A stretch of 63,118 nucleotides of DNA, filler included, from Choristocarpus tenellus KU-1152 (lineage: Eukaryota; Protista; Phaeophyceae): assembly GCA_964200185.2 (NCBI GenBank). It is 12 parts of 12 records of this genome, joined end to end, with 100 filler letters (N's around TTAATTAATTAA, not from the genome) between each part and the next. Parts side by side here need not be neighbours in the genome. Positions count along the whole stretch, not along the records: positions 26,382 to 32,066 come from CAXNAD020010020.1; positions 32,167 to 37,583 come from CAXNAD020010846.1; positions 37,684 to 45,411 come from CAXNAD020005674.1; 9 more parts are not named here. The stretch is one strand, 5' to 3'. This document shows, one piece after another, positions 27,304-42,145 of this stretch (the first letter of the stretch is position 1; each line of letters opens with the position of its first letter). Under the pieces are notes generated by a model, which was not told the origin of the DNA, made no database searches, and saw only the letters and a list, made by a program, of their open reading frames with translations. Position numbers and translations under genes: made by a program.

Positions 27304-29521
27304 ACCTCTGGGAAGAAGCGGTCCTGAAAGAGTACAACTTTGAGGATGCTTTTGACGACTACACTATGAGCCTGGTTCAGTTTGGCTACGTTGCCCTCTT
27401 CTCGGCGGCGTTTCCGCTTGCACCGCTGCTGGCTATGATCAACAACTTGGTCCAGACCAGGGTAGACGCGTACAAGCTGTGCAAGACGCGGTACGGCAGT
27501 TGGGAGTTGGGTGTGTTGTAATAGGGTACACCTTGTTGGTGGTGGTGGGGTTGGCATTGGTGTTGGTATTGGTGTTGGCGTGTGTGATCACTGTTGGGTT
27601 TTTTCGCGTTTTTTGTGAGTGTTGCAACTGCCGTTTTAATTAAAAAAAAATCTTGTTGGGTGTGGTGTTCGTAGTAATGCCAGAGGCAGTAGTGGGGTGT
27701 GTATGAAAGAGTTCTCGATCTGTTGTGCTCGGGGGGGTGTAGATGAGGAGTTGTAGTGAAGTGATAACGCTTTATTAATAGCGTACAGCTGAGGCACTGT
27801 TCCAAGAAAGGTGCGCGATGGTACTGTATCGCTTACTGGAGTCATACGAGAGTTACTCTAGCTGCGGTGTGTTGAATCGAACATATGTTGTTGTCAAAGC
27901 TGTCATCTGTCATTACGCCTCTTTATCCTATTCCAACCCCTCTTTCCAATCTACTGGGCGGATGCAGTCGTAGGCCTGTTGCCTACAAGAGCAGTGGGAT
28001 TGGTGTCTGGGACAATGTGCTGGAGATGATGACGGTGGTTGGGGTAATTACCAACTGTGCCCTGGTGGGAGCAACATCGGTTCAGATCTGGAGGTTAATT
28101 CCTGGTGCCTCAACGACGGAGAAGTTTCTTGTGATCGTGGCTGCAGAGCACATTATCCTGTTTATCAAGGTTTGTTATTATTATTGAAGGCTTTTTTCTC
28201 GATTGATGTTTTAGATTTTTGTTTTTCATGTTTTTACCTCCTTTCCCCCCCTCCTCCCCTTTACTGTCTTTGACCTGGATATTGGTTGGTGTGAGGGAGT
28301 GAGAGAGAGGTAATGTGTTGGGTATTGCAGAAAATTTGTAGGGGTTGGGAAGATGTGAGAGATCAGAGGAATGGTTGTTGTGTTTTGGTCTTAGAGATGG
28401 TGTTTGTGGAGAGTGGTGATGGTGAGGTCTAGGGTTCAGGGTCAAGGTCAGGGTTAGGGTTACCCTACCTTAGCATAAGGATTGAATTTCATTCATGGAC
28501 AGGTAATGGCTTGATATCCTTGAGAGATGTATATAGTAGAGGGGAAGGAGAGGCCTTACATTGTGGAGGGTAAACTTATTTGCAGTATAGAGTATTGTTT
28601 GTAATAGTTGTGGTAATGTCGACATCCTACCAGTACGAAGCAGATAAGGTCTGGTTTGTTCATCGTGACTCAAGAAGAGAGTGGGGATTGATTGACAGAG
28701 GCCTACCCTAGGAGTACCAATCTGAGCGAAATATAAAAGATATTCTTTGGCAGAGTAAAAGGATCCACACACACAAACACACACAAACAAAAAAAGCATT
28801 TTGAAATAGGTTGAATCACGGAACGAGATGGTCTAATCTCTTTTGCTTCACCTCAACCTTGCTGTGACACCATTCCGTGACGCAGTACTGGGTGATGTCT
28901 GCAATGCCACGAGTGCCACACAAGGTCCAACGTGCCCTGGCCCGGGACCGTGCTTCAAGAGATCAAAAGACTGCTGGCTGGGATACTAGTAGCATGGCGG
29001 GCAGCACCTCCACCGCCGTGCCGGTTGACAATGGTAATGTCAGTCAACCAAAAGTAAACCCTGCTGGTGGTAGCCTTCCCGATGTGAGTGATGGTAGCAT
29101 TGGTATGAGTGGGTTTGGCATTGCAGGGGATGGAGCCAGGGTGGTGGGGTCAACTGTGGGGCCGCGAGGAGGAGGAGGAGGAGGAGGAGGAGGAGACCAG
29201 GGTGGAGGTGGGAGTGCAGGAGAGGGTGTGGGGGGTTCAGGATCTTCTAGTGTGCGATCTCGTGTTGGGTTCATGGTTAACATGAATGATCCTGGAGGGG
29301 GTATGGTTCAAGGTGGCGCTGGTGCTTGTGATAATGGGTTGGATGAGGCTCAGAAGGTGTCCAAGGGGCCTGGGAGTGGGTGGTCGTCGTCTGAGTCATC
29401 GATAGCTCGTAGGAGGGTGCAGTCACCGTTGGAAATGGATACTGATGAGGATGAAGGTTTCCGTAATAGAGTGGATGGTACTGGGCATCAGTTCAGGGTG
29501 TGGCATTGGGAGCAATCTTGA
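27304..29521 (+). CDS. Anoctamin / TMEM16 family protein, last three exons
   Basis: Exons 27304-27490 ([47 protein letters not shown]), 27968-28169 ([37 protein letters not shown]) and 28886-29521 ([15 protein letters not shown].. plus a Gly-rich tail). These carry hallmark anoctamin TM7-TM10 motifs and phases are consistent. Confidence 0.93.
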
Positions 29522-31960
29522 AAGGGGAGAATATGGCTGCAGTGATTTGGAGTGACTGTTGAATGAAAGTGGTTTGCTTGCGTTGAGAGATGTAGCGGGG
29601 ACGGTGAAAAGAGGACATGGATGGGGTTGTGTTGTGGAGATGTTACTCCGGCTGCATAGAGTAGGTGTGGGTGGGGTTAGGGTGGGGTCGGTTGCAGCTG
29701 GCAGTTGCAACAGGAACAGGGGGGGGGGGGGAAGAGGATGCGTTTGTCTGTGGCCCGGGCGATGTCATTGTGTTCCTTCTGTTATTTTGGAGCACAAAAA
29801 TATTTATTGGAAAAGTAATGGTTGCTCTGTGTTTGATTTGTGGATTGTGGTTGCCATGTGGAAGGGCGGGAGGCTTGGAACTTAACCTGGAGCTTACGTT
29901 GGCACATACACACATGTTTCCAGTGGGAGGGGAGGGGGGGGAGGGATTGTAAGTGATTTCGGTATTGGATGTTCTGGGTTCTGTGCATGATTGGTTGTGG
30001 CTTCAAGGGCTGCAGTGCTTTGTCTTAAGTCTGACCACTTGCCCACTCTTGTTTTTAGTCGGGTGGTCAGAGCTGATTTGGCGGGGGTGGTGAAAACGCC
30101 TCTGAACTGATGTTATGGGGCGGGTGCATTTATGATGTTTTTTTGTTTGTTGTGCACAGTGTTTTATTTTTTTTATTCATTTCTTTGTTATGCATTGTAT
30201 GCCATGCAAACATGCACGTGTACTATCTTTGCTACATTGTTTTTTCATCCATTCCCGAGACTACAGGATTTTTTAATGTTTGAATACAGGGTGTTGAGTT
30301 GTATTGAAAGCCCGCTAGCTGCTGAGGCGCATGCAATTTTATAACGCCATGGTTCGCTTTTGCTTAAGGTGGCAAAATGATATGAAGAGGGTCTGTGTTG
30401 TGTGTGTGGTGTTTTGGCTTCCACATTCGTCAGCTGTAGCTTCTTGCATTTTTTAAGTGGTGGTGCTTGTTGGAATGAGTTTTTGGGGTGAATGGGGGGC
30501 CTTGTTCTATTGGCCTTATCTTGAATGTCTGTTTGTTGCTTTGTGGCTGGTAGTGAGGTAGGTCATCCTGTTTCCTCTGCATGTAGCTTGGTATTTGTGA
30601 CTGTCAGTTTCATCTGTATTGGGTGATGTATTTTGTTTAAGATTCTTGGTTGCTGAGGAGATCTCTCTCTTGTGTCCGATGTCTTGATGCTGTTGGTTGC
30701 ACTATGTGCATGTTGTCCTAGAAGATAGTGTCTTGCTGAACCTGTGCTGTGAGAGCTCATGCTTTGTTGTTGTTACTAGTTACTTTTCTGATTGTTTGTC
30801 TCCCCACATTTGCAGGTTAGCACGTAGATGAGCCAACTGACTCTGAACACTCAAGTGTTTTAGTGCTCTTGCTCGTGAGTCTCTCTTTTTGATGTAGGTA
30901 TGAGTGGGGTGGGAATGCATGTTCATGTGTTGTCAGTTGTTCGATATAGTCGTCTGTTGACTTGAGGATTCGGGTTTTTTGGTTCATTCATTAGGTGTTC
31001 TAGAGGAAAGGGCATTGGCGGAACTGAGCAGAATCTGCAAAGAAGCAAGTTCTTATTTGTTGATGGCTCTGCAGCAGAGGGCCAGCCAGCAGTTGGTTTG
31101 CTTGCTGTGTGCATGTATGCCACCTATGCATGTGGGGATGGATTTCAGCTGTTGATACCTATATATTATGTTACATACCTAGTGGTATCACACATATTGC
31201 AAGAGGCGTGCATGCTTGAAGGGTTTTTTTTAAAGTCAGGCACGAGGATGATATCAAGTTTGATGCATGATGTCGTTTCAGTATTGGAAAAAAGAGTAGT
31301 AGGATTTTGATTGTTTTTATGCAAGGAGAATTGCATACATCACACACACACACAAACACAAACTTGATACTCTGTGTGCCTCCCTGCCTGCCTGACTGAC
31401 TGACTGCCTGAATGGTGCATTAAACAGGTGCCATGGTGATAGCTGGTATGCATCAGGTTGCATCTGGTTTTCAAGTGTTTTATGATAAAAACCGTGTTGT
31501 TAATTGCTTGTTGATCAATGTCACGAGTTGATTGAGTTTGCAGTCGATCGGAAAAGAGGTTGGTATTGATAAATTCTCAAGTACAAACTGGGTATCCATG
31601 AATTGATTGATTGATTGATCATACCATCATTATTATATCCATAATAATAGATATATTGATGTTCAACAAGGTATCAATGACTTGTGAACTTTCTGAAATA
31701 TTTTCAATGTGATGCTCTTGCAACCATCTTCCCTGACTTCCGATTTTTTTACCCCACAAGAGCATTTCTACTTGGTATGTTGACAGTCATCATCCTAACC
31801 TGGAAAGAAGGATTTTCTTTTTATTCACTCAATACTATCTTATCTTGTCCGTCGCTGCTACATTACATGCGACTACAAGAAGTGGTCGTTTTCTACTAAG
31901 CAAACTTGATCTCCTTTGTTCAAGTACTATTTTATTTGAGGACTCGGGACCTGACATCTT

Positions 31961-32054
31961 TTTAAAATTGAGGATGGAGCGGGGCTATAACAGAGGATTT
32001 TCAAAATTGAGGATGGAGCGGGACTACGAGGATCGTTGTTTTGCGAAAACAGTC
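31961..32054 (+). mobile_element. Family C repeat terminus with internal partial duplication (contig end)
   Basis: aaaattgaggatggagcggg occurs twice. 31989-32054 is close to the reverse complement of 59971-60035. Confidence 0.7.
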
Positions 32055-32574
32055 TTAAAAAAGTACNNNNNNNNNNNNNNNNNNNNNNNNNNNNNNNNNN
32101 NNNNNNNNNNTTAATTAATTAANNNNNNNNNNNNNNNNNNNNNNNNNNNNNNNNNNNNNNNNNNNNCGGATGTCCCCTCACAACCCCCCCCCCCCCCCCC
32201 CAGATACTTTGACCCTTAAAATTCAAAGCGGTCAAAGGCGGGGTACCTCCTGTTTACTTTGGCTCACAGTATGGGAAAGTGCACTCCACACACTGTGTCA
32301 TTCACAAAACATACGACACACACACTCTTCAATCAAAGGAAGGACAAGACACTGAACATGTAACAACTGGTAGAGCAACTGGATGCAGCACAGAAAATGC
32401 TTTGTATCATGCATTAACGCTGCATATAACATGAAAACACCCTACTTCTGCATGCATTCCCCCTCAGTACTGCATTTGCAATCATAAATATATTTACAAC
32501 ACAAAGAACTTGATACTGACACGTAATGAATAGCAGAATATAACAGCAACATAGAGCTAGCAGTATATGGATTG

Positions 32575-35500
32575 TTATCCTTGGGCGCTCAATATGGTCC
32601 TTACCTTCTCTTCATCTGTGCCAGAGGTGCTTTCCTTGGCTTCCCCAGCATCAATGTTATCTATGTCAGTTTCCCCCTCCATCAATAGATGATGTAGACG
32701 AGGGTTCCACCAGCGATGATGAAATTTCCAGGCCAAATCCCGCATGCCTACAGCTACGAAGCACCAGGCACTGACAGCCCAGAACTGAGTGGTGTTTGCC
32801 AGTGACCCCTTGACATTGTAGTAGTCCCAGTTGATCTCGGCCAAAGAGCTAACCAGCGAAGCAGAGGCATAGTAGCAACATATAGAACCCACCAGGATAA
32901 TGATGTGCAGGAGTTGCCACCGATGTTGAACCCAGAACATCTATAAGGCAGGGGGCGGATGGGATGAAGCATATGGAGAGATGAATGGCAATGTACTTGG
33001 GGTTATGGCAGCACTGTCACTATGATCATGAATGGCTGTTCAAAGTCAAGGTGGTGGCAAACCACGGTGGTAGGAGACAGAACAGAAAAAAAATAACCAG
33101 CTACGTAGTACTTTGAAGTATGTAAGTAACGAAGAGTCTAGAATTCAAGTTCAGTTGTATATACTTTGTATCCCTTACGTGGCATATTTGAAGTGAAGAG
33201 GCGTTTTTACTTTGCAATGTCGTCCCTGACCCCATCCATCCACCTCTCATAGTTATACTTTTCATTGTGCAACTCTCCGCTCTTGATAGAACAGAGGGCA
33301 ACACAGGGTTGACTTCAAACCACTTTTAACATGCATTCACAGGAGTTTTGATTCCATGTTGCATACCTTGCAGCTGACAGTAACGACCACAAGGGCAAAT
33401 GTTGTTGTGCCATAGTCGTAGAGTGATGTGACGGTTCCAAGTTGACTTTTGTCCCCTGCCATGAGGTACAGGGGTCCAATTGTGATGAATGCTCCTTCGA
33501 GTATTGCCTGTTTCGGTTATTGACCGGACCAGGACAAGCAACCTTTGTGAGTCTATGTGTGGAAGACATTTTTTTTTTCCTCGGTATTCTATGTTGAGGT
33601 ACACACTATGGAGGAGAGAAGCGGCATCAGGATTCTCTTTCTCTACTTTTTTTAAAAATCTTGGATGATTACAATGCAGGTCTTGTCGGACTCTACACTT
33701 CCCCTTATCGTTTTTGAGAGGCAAGCACTTGTATACTTAATTGATGATGTACAAACTGTTCTGGGAGCAAAGTGCAAGTGCACAATAGATCAAAGACAAG
33801 AGAGGTGTGTTCCCAAGCAGCAAGCAGGATACAAGCAGAGAGCTTCTGCTTTGTTTGCATACAGACCAACCAGGATATACTACGTCAAAATGAGTCCGGA
33901 CTGGACAAATGAGCCCCCTGAGAACAATGCTTGACTTGGCATCACTTCAATAAGGAAAAAGCAGATGTGATCCACGCATCTACACAACAACTCTTCCCAA
34001 AGTCAAGTGTGAGGAGTAACCCCTGCAGTATGCCCATCCAGTAGATTTAACCCATTTTTGTCCTCTTCCCCTATAACTCCACAATCATTACATATATTTC
34101 CTTTTTTGATTACTTCCCTTCTAACTATGCTGCAAATTCCAAGATCAACAATACAAGTCAAATTATCTTAGGGTTAGGGTAGAGCTGCGTCCAATTGTGG
34201 ACAAAATCCAATGCTGACATTTCGATGTAATTTTGGCTATTGTGTTTATTAGGAAGTGTCAATATCCTTGTTTGGACACACCTTTTCACAATATATACAT
34301 TTTATCTACTCCAAAACGCTTCAGAGTAGGTAAAATGTCATAAGATTATAAGATTCCTGTGGGAAGCCAAGCCCAAACAGACAAACAGGGCAAAAATCGT
34401 ACCCTAACCCTAAGATACTTTCACTCATACACGTGCTATTAAGAATACTTGTGATGACAACAATAATATCACATTGAGCCTAAGGAATAGACTTCCTTCA
34501 TGACATCCTTCTTCTTGGTATCACTGGGGGGATGCTACACCACATTCCCACTCATACCACCACTCACGACTCTCCCTTTTTTTAAACTAGGAACTGATCT
34601 TTTAACACCTCCCTGGAGTCAAGCTTCTACACAGAGTGCCTCTTACACTGCGCGACTTGAGAGCACACAATCTGGTTGTATGTTGAGTCACTCGGACCAA
34701 GCTTAGCACAAGTCTTACGATACTCCATAGTTTGACCCAAAGTATCTGGGGGTGGGAGGGGGTCTACATCAGGGTGTCCATTTGGGGCAAAATCAGGAAA
34801 AGTGCATTTTCATTATCCATCCGACGTATGCAACCAAATCACACAAAAATTGCGACATGAAAAAATTGACTCCAAATGGACAGCCGCCACCCCCCCCCAG
34901 ATACTTAGAGCCTTTCTGCGTCATAGATCAAACAACATCAATCCATCCTGTGAGCCCTTGCCTAGTATCATTGGAATTAGCAGAGACGAATCTGGATATT
35001 TTAACGTCCGTATGATCAATCTCAAAAGATTGAATGCCTTTTCAATCTCAAAACCTTACAGAACAATATTTTGGAGTGCTTGAACTACTATAGAGAGTAG
35101 AAAACTACAGCAGTACTCCAGAGTATTAAATTACGATCCAATACGTTTTATTTTGTGCCCTCAACTGGTCACAGCATGGCAATCAGTGCCTTACAAGCTT
35201 TGCATCATAGCCTTTTCCCCTAGAGTAGCAAGGGAAGTTCTCTCACACCTGCAGCATCCAGGACCAGAATATCTGTGGTCTCATCCAGCCATCCTTGATG
35301 CCGTATGCATAGAGCCTTGGAAACCTGCCCACCAAAGAGGCAATCAAGTATTGCTCACACTGTGAGTTTGCCAGTAGTGTCTAGTGGACAGAAAGCTCTC
35401 TCAGATTACTTAACCATTGAGGAGGACCAAGATTCAGGTTGTAGTGTTGCCATTCTGTTCAAGGTTAGAGCTATGGCCAGTGATGTTGAAGTGAAAGCAT

Positions 35501-37361
35501 TAAAAGTCTGATAGACACTTACTTACCTGCCCAATCATGACTTGAACTTGTCCTTGTCCATGTATTGTTCTGGGTTAGGGTTGGTCTCAGTGAAAGCGCT
35601 ATGAAAACTGCACTCTAAATCTTTGAGACACTTGTCTGTCCGGCAAATACCACTTGCCCTTGGTTGTGGATGCTACAGGTAGGCGATGGAGGGCTGTAAG
35701 AGCAAGAGTCAGCTTTGCTCTCTGTTTTCGTGAGCATATGTGAACTCTGTCCTATCACACACCTGAGGCAGGTTGCAGCTGAAGTGTCTCGATCGTAGAT
35801 GCCAAACAACAAGATAGGCAGTGCAGTGTATGCCACTGCATACATGTTGGTGGTGATGTAGTCGTAGAAGAGGGTGCCACTATGGACCCATGTCAAGGAA
35901 CCAGTTGTCACCAGGGGGTAGAATAGTCAGGAATTGCTTACAAGCTCCACTAGAAAGGGCTGGTGGTAAGTGGGTGACTCTGATTTTCCAAATTTAGGTT
36001 GGGTGTCGACCTCCATCTGAAAGATTTTCTTGTCTGTCAAAGAGGTATTTGCTAAAACAAAAATAGTGATTGGAAGATCATTCCGTGGGAAATTCTTACT
36101 GGCGCTTTCATTCTAAATACCTAGTGTTGACAAATACAGCCTCAAGTCTGATCCAAAGTATTTAAAAGGGCAGTATCAACCTGAGATATGACTTGCCAAC
36201 AGATCAAGCCCACACTTAAGTACTTCGAGAGGATCTTTCCTGCCCGTATTATGTCACTGGCAGCAGTAGCGTTTTGCACCCCTGTTGACTCTTCTCAGGG
36301 GCTGCTCATTATTGCACGTACCTGAAGCCATTGAAGTAGGCGTAGAAAAGGAGAGGACAGGCAAACATGATCGACTTGTAGAAGAGGTAGCACACCACCC
36401 TGCTTGACCGGCGGTAGTTCCATCGACCGTGCACAAGTAGCAGCTTGCGCAGGAAGGAGAACTGGGCTATAGCATAGTCTGATGCGTTTACTGCCTGTGG
36501 TGGGCGGACCAAGTGTGACTGGCTTAATCTTGAGCCAAAGCATCTTAGGGTTAGGGTAGAGCCACGTCCGTTTGGGGACCAAAATCCAATGTTGCGATAT
36601 TGATGTAATTTTCCCTATCTTGTTTGTTAGGAAGAGTCAGTATCCTCGTTCCGAACATATGCATGATACCTATACACCAAAACATTTATATTTTTCCGAG
36701 TAGGAAAGTGACAATTAAAAAAACGTGGGAGGCTGAGCCCCAAACGGACAAATGGGGAATAACTCGTACCCTAACCCTAAGATACTTTCACTCTTTGCAC
36801 ACAACATACATCCCTGAAGGCTGTCGAAACCCACAGTAGCAACTGCCCAGGTTAGAGTTCAAAGAGGGCAGGTCAACGACTTTGGCGTGGGGGGTGCCTA
36901 CCTGATGATAATGGTTCTTCTAATCAAAATTCGCGATGAAGGAAGAAGGATACTTCGGTTTGTATTGACTATTTTACCCTTCAAATTGCAAGGGGCAAAC
37001 AACGCTTTCATCCCTGCTGTTCCTTTCGCTGAAGTCTCACAAGTGTACAGATATGGTCGGTTTAAGGCCTCTATAAAATGGAAACATGTTGCAATCAGTA
37101 GTTGGTGCACTGTTCAACTCTAATCTGTAGGGGGTGTGCTTTGCCAGAGGTGGAGATTGTGTGTATCTTGAGTCGGCATTCAGGAAAAACTGGACTTCCC
37201 TGCCATGGATACAAAGAAATTGAAATTGAAAAAAACAAACCACATGTAATTGGTTCAGCCAAACATGAGCCCATGGATACTGACCTGCATGCCTTCTTGT
37301 CCACTGATGCCTACCCCGATGTGTGCTCCCTGTATCATTGGGACATCATTTGCTCCATCAC
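32575..37361 (-). CDS. P4-type ATPase (phospholipid flippase), C-terminal six exons
   Basis: Exons 37361-37285 ([26 protein letters not shown]), 36494-36322 ([37 protein letters not shown]), 35879-35763 ([21 protein letters not shown]), 35324-35249 (FPRLY..FWSWMLQ), 33507-33367 ([23 protein letters not shown]) and 32940-32605 (or read-through to the stop at 32575). All are GT-AG and phase-consistent. Confidence 0.95.
34155..34426 (+). mobile_element. MITE family A, TTAGGG-TIR variant, in a P4-ATPase intron
   Basis: aagtcaaattatcttagggttagggtagag ... cgtaccctaaccctaagatactttcactc, flanked by atac/atac. Confidence 0.88.
34734..34912 (+). mobile_element. MITE family B (~180 bp), full copy, TSD TTT
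   Basis: gacccaaagtatctggggg ... ccccagatacttagagcc, with ttt on both sides. Confidence 0.88.
36532..36793 (+). mobile_element. MITE family A, TTAGGG-TIR variant, in a P4-ATPase intron
   Basis: gagccaaagcatcttagggttagggtagag ... cgtaccctaaccctaagatactttcactc. Confidence 0.88.
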
Positions 37362-37798
37362 CTAAGAGGGAAAAGTTACAAGTGATTATTCACTACAATA
37401 TGGCAAGCAAGTGTAGAGTTGCCTTGAATACTGTGTAGGGTAGATCAGGCCTACAACCTACCTCAACCACAAATCCCGAGGACATTTTTTGTTCCCTAGT
37501 GAAGCGCCTATAAAATACTTAAAAGGGTCAGGTATCCTGAATTCAGAATACCAAGTACAGGGTCAAAGTATCTTGGGGGGGGGNNNNNNNNNNNNNNNNN
37601 NNNNNNNNNNNNNNNNNNNNNNNNNNNTTAATTAATTAANNNNNNNNNNNNNNNNNNNNNNNNNNNNNNNNNNNNNNNNNNNNCGATATTGGTTGAAGAC
37701 TCCATGTCTTCCGCAGACTCGTGACCTTGGACCTCCTCTTCTGGTGTTCTGGACGATGGTTCCAGATCTGGAGTTTTGCGCTCCTGTGCACGATGTTT

Positions 37799-38209
37799 GA
37801 GTTGAAGTATCTTAGAGGGTAGAGCCGCGTCCGTATCGGGGTCAAAATCCAATGTTGCGATTTTGATGTAATTTTGGCTATAGTGTTCGTTAGGAAGTGC
37901 CAATATCCTTGTTCCGGACACACTTATTCATAACGTATACATTTTGCCTAGAGTCAAAGTATCTTGGAGAGTAGAGCTGCGTCCATTTGGAGGCCAAAAT
38001 CCAATGTTGCGATTTTGATGTAATTTTGACTATCGTGATTGTTAGGAGATGTCAATATCCTTGTTCCGAACACATCTTTTCATAGCGTATACATTTTACC
38101 TACTCGGAAATATTTTGGAGGAGGTAGTATGTCATTAAAAACCCGTGGGATGTCAAGCCCCAAATGGACAAACAGGGCAAAACTCGTACCCTCTAAGATA
38201 CTTTCACTC
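37799..38209 (+). mobile_element. MITE family A: 5' partial copy (37799-37950) directly followed by a full copy (37951-38209)
   Basis: Two successive left TIRs and one right TIR. The compound unit is flanked by gttt/gttt. Confidence 0.88.
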
Positions 38210-40884
38210 GTTTCACCTCGATCTTGAGTTCAGCATCTTTCGTCCGTGGTCAAACAGAAATTCCCTGTCACCCTATTTCTGAGGTCACTGGTGTCGCCAA
38301 TGTAAATCGTGTGATTCTGTGGCGGCATGGTTCGCTCAGGCAAGGGTGGTGAAGAGAATCACCGGGAAAGACGGACCAGACGAACAAAGATGAACCGTAG
38401 CCAAGGGTACGAGGTTAAGGTTGGACAAGTGCAAATTGAGGAGTGATGAGCATCATCGAAGAGGGGGCTTCATCACCATCAGTCAAGACGTGAGAACAAA
38501 GTGGNNNNNNNNNNTGACGAGCTGTCCCAAGCCTATGGCATTGGTCACATGAAGAGATTCCATGGTTTCATTCTGACGGAAAGTCTGTCAGTGAAATCAT
38601 GGACGCTTGACTGGGAACCTCAATCGGCACAACGGTATAACGGTGTATGGCATACGGCAATAATGGAATAACAACAGACAAACATGCTTTCCACAAGAAC
38701 AATAACAATAACAATGACAAAATGAAGTTCACCATCAGAAAGTCTTATCTATCACCCCGTGTTCTGCCAGTAGTGTTTTTCATTATCAAATGTTATGAAG
38801 TTTCCCATTTTAGGAGCGTGGTGAATTTCATTTTGTGCAAACACTCTATTATACACCAAGTAACATACCATATTTTATCAGTAAGATTCGGGATCTCCGA
38901 CACAATGATATGAGTGGAGTCATACGTAATTAAGTGCACCATCTTTTGCCATTGAAGCCAGACAAGGTGATATAGTGTGGGCCAGATGCACAACTGGCTC
39001 ACATTGCCCAAGACATGAACAGTGGAAGTGTATCCTGTTCTGAGTGGACACAGAAAATCACAGTGGGGTATTGAGGAACATTTTGCTCTCAGCTTCTCGA
39101 CCTTACTGTCCAGTATTGCTCAGCCCCCCCTCTCACCTCCTTTCTGAACTTCATCTCTAGTGATTTTGAACACCACCCATCACATAACAGCTCAACCACT
39201 CTCACAGTGGCAGTTGCTCCGATTTGTGTTGGGAGTTCAGAGGTGTGGAGTCATGCCAACATTGCAGACAAGATGGAAGCACAGCCAACTCAAAAGGCCG
39301 TTGACCACCGGTCAGAAAGATAAGAAGGCTTGAAGAAATGAAGCACCTTCAGGGGAATACAGGTTGAGACGGCAGGCAATTTAATGCCACAGCTTAATTG
39401 CTTTGAAGTGTCGATATCGTTGAACAGTACAGTGTATCATGTGGCATCAGTTATACACCTTTACACCTTGTTCCTGATCTCGATCTAGGTGGGAAGGGAG
39501 ATACTACCCTCAACAACCTCGCCCTTGAGCAAGAGCGGTATGTAAGAGTTGCTGTCACTCAACAATACTGTCAAGTCTTAGATAGGTACTATCATTATTC
39601 AAGTTATTATTGGTTTTTCTAACCCTAGAGAGTAGTATGACACACAGCAGTGGCAGCACAAATAGAGCACCTAGCAGGTCAAAAACTGCAAAATGCAACA
39701 CGATACATTTACTTGAAATTAATCATTTTTGTTCAATAAGCTGTAATCTGTCTCCCACACCCTACTAGTCTAATCGACATGTACAATGATATACTTGTTA
39801 CCTTGGAAAACGCAAATACTTGTGTGGCACAAGCAAAGGTTTCAGTATATATTTTTACACATTAAGAATATGCTTTTTATTCATGTGTAAAAGAAGATTC
39901 TGTAGAAGAAACAATTTAAGAATGAAGAGACGGTATATNNNNNNNNNNAATAGGTAAGATTTCAGGAATAGGAAGCATTGTGGGAAGTAAATTTCAGATT
40001 AGTTTGATTTGTCATTCAAGGAATAGAATTGATTTGGTGGCAATGACACTCCCCTTTCTTGCACCTTCCTTACTTTATGTACAACCTGTTCTACATAATG
40101 AGGAAATAATTGAGTTATTTACACGTCTTGGGAACACCAGTTTCTTCAACATGCTAGCTATAGAGCACTGTATCAGGATAACATTGCCTGTAAGGAAGGT
40201 TATCAGCTAACTTTCAACCCGATTTTCTCTTTACAGTCTGTTGGTAACACTTGTTTCCTTACACTTTTCCCCCATGAACTTTCTCAATGCTAATATTTTA
40301 CTTTTCTTTCACACAAGTGTTGGATATGTTTAACAACGTTAGGTAGAATAAATTGAAATTCCACACAAGAAACGAAATATTACGGAAGGAAAGCCTATAT
40401 AGACGTAAATTTTAGCACTCATAATTGCCCAATAATATTCAATCAGTCAGTTACTCTAAAATGTCCGGTGTTAGGCAAACGCTTGAACTAATTTAGTCCT
40501 ATTTGCTCAATATGTACAGCATCCATTGCTTTCAGATAGTGCTATGAAGCAAATGGCCCGAACATTCTATTGCACGAGGCTGAATTTGACTATTCCAGGG
40601 TAATGCCAGTATTTCATACAAATAGTCAGGACCATTTGATCTCTACTCTTGTATCTCTTCACCCTGTTTCCCCTTTACTCCACCGTCAAGAGAACAACCA
40701 TGGTACATTTCATACAGACGGTCCGACCAAGCGATTCTCTCATCCCCTTTACTTTCCGAAGATGTACATTTGGAACAAGTTTGTTCCCTTTCTCCAAGCG
40801 CTATTGTATTTTCTTACCTCAAACTGAAGGTGTCCATATCTACTTTGGAACCCTTGCTAGATAGTTGAGGGCACTCTTGGTACT

Positions 40885-40905
40885 TGGGTGGTGCTGATAA
40901 GCACC
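40885..40905 (-). promoter_or_regulatory. Histone mRNA 3' stem-loop (H3)
   Basis: The minus strand reads GGTGCT-TATC-AGCACC-ACCCA, about 80 nt after the H3 stop. Confidence 0.85.
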
Positions 40906-40984
40906 AGGGGTGACATGAAGACCAAGAACCAAAGCCTACAAAAATGTTGCAGCAGTCAGGTAAGAGTAATAATTGTGGACCTGC

Positions 40985-42058
<1,074 letters not shown>

Positions 42059-42125
42059 GGGTGAAGCTTACTTCCAAAGCTACAGAAGTTTTTCCAATTC
42101 ACATATGGCACTCTTCGCAAGACCT

Positions 42126-42145
42126 GGTGTTTCTCAACACCACCC
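42126..42145 (+). promoter_or_regulatory. Histone mRNA 3' stem-loop (H4)
   Basis: GGTGTT-TCTC-AACACC-ACCC, 67 nt after the H4 stop. Confidence 0.85.

Noticed and set aside
27304-37361. Scramblase-family anoctamin next to a P4 flippase, suggesting a lipid-asymmetry gene cluster
   Set aside because: The genes lie on different contigs separated by the spacer at 32067-32166, so there is no evidence of linkage.
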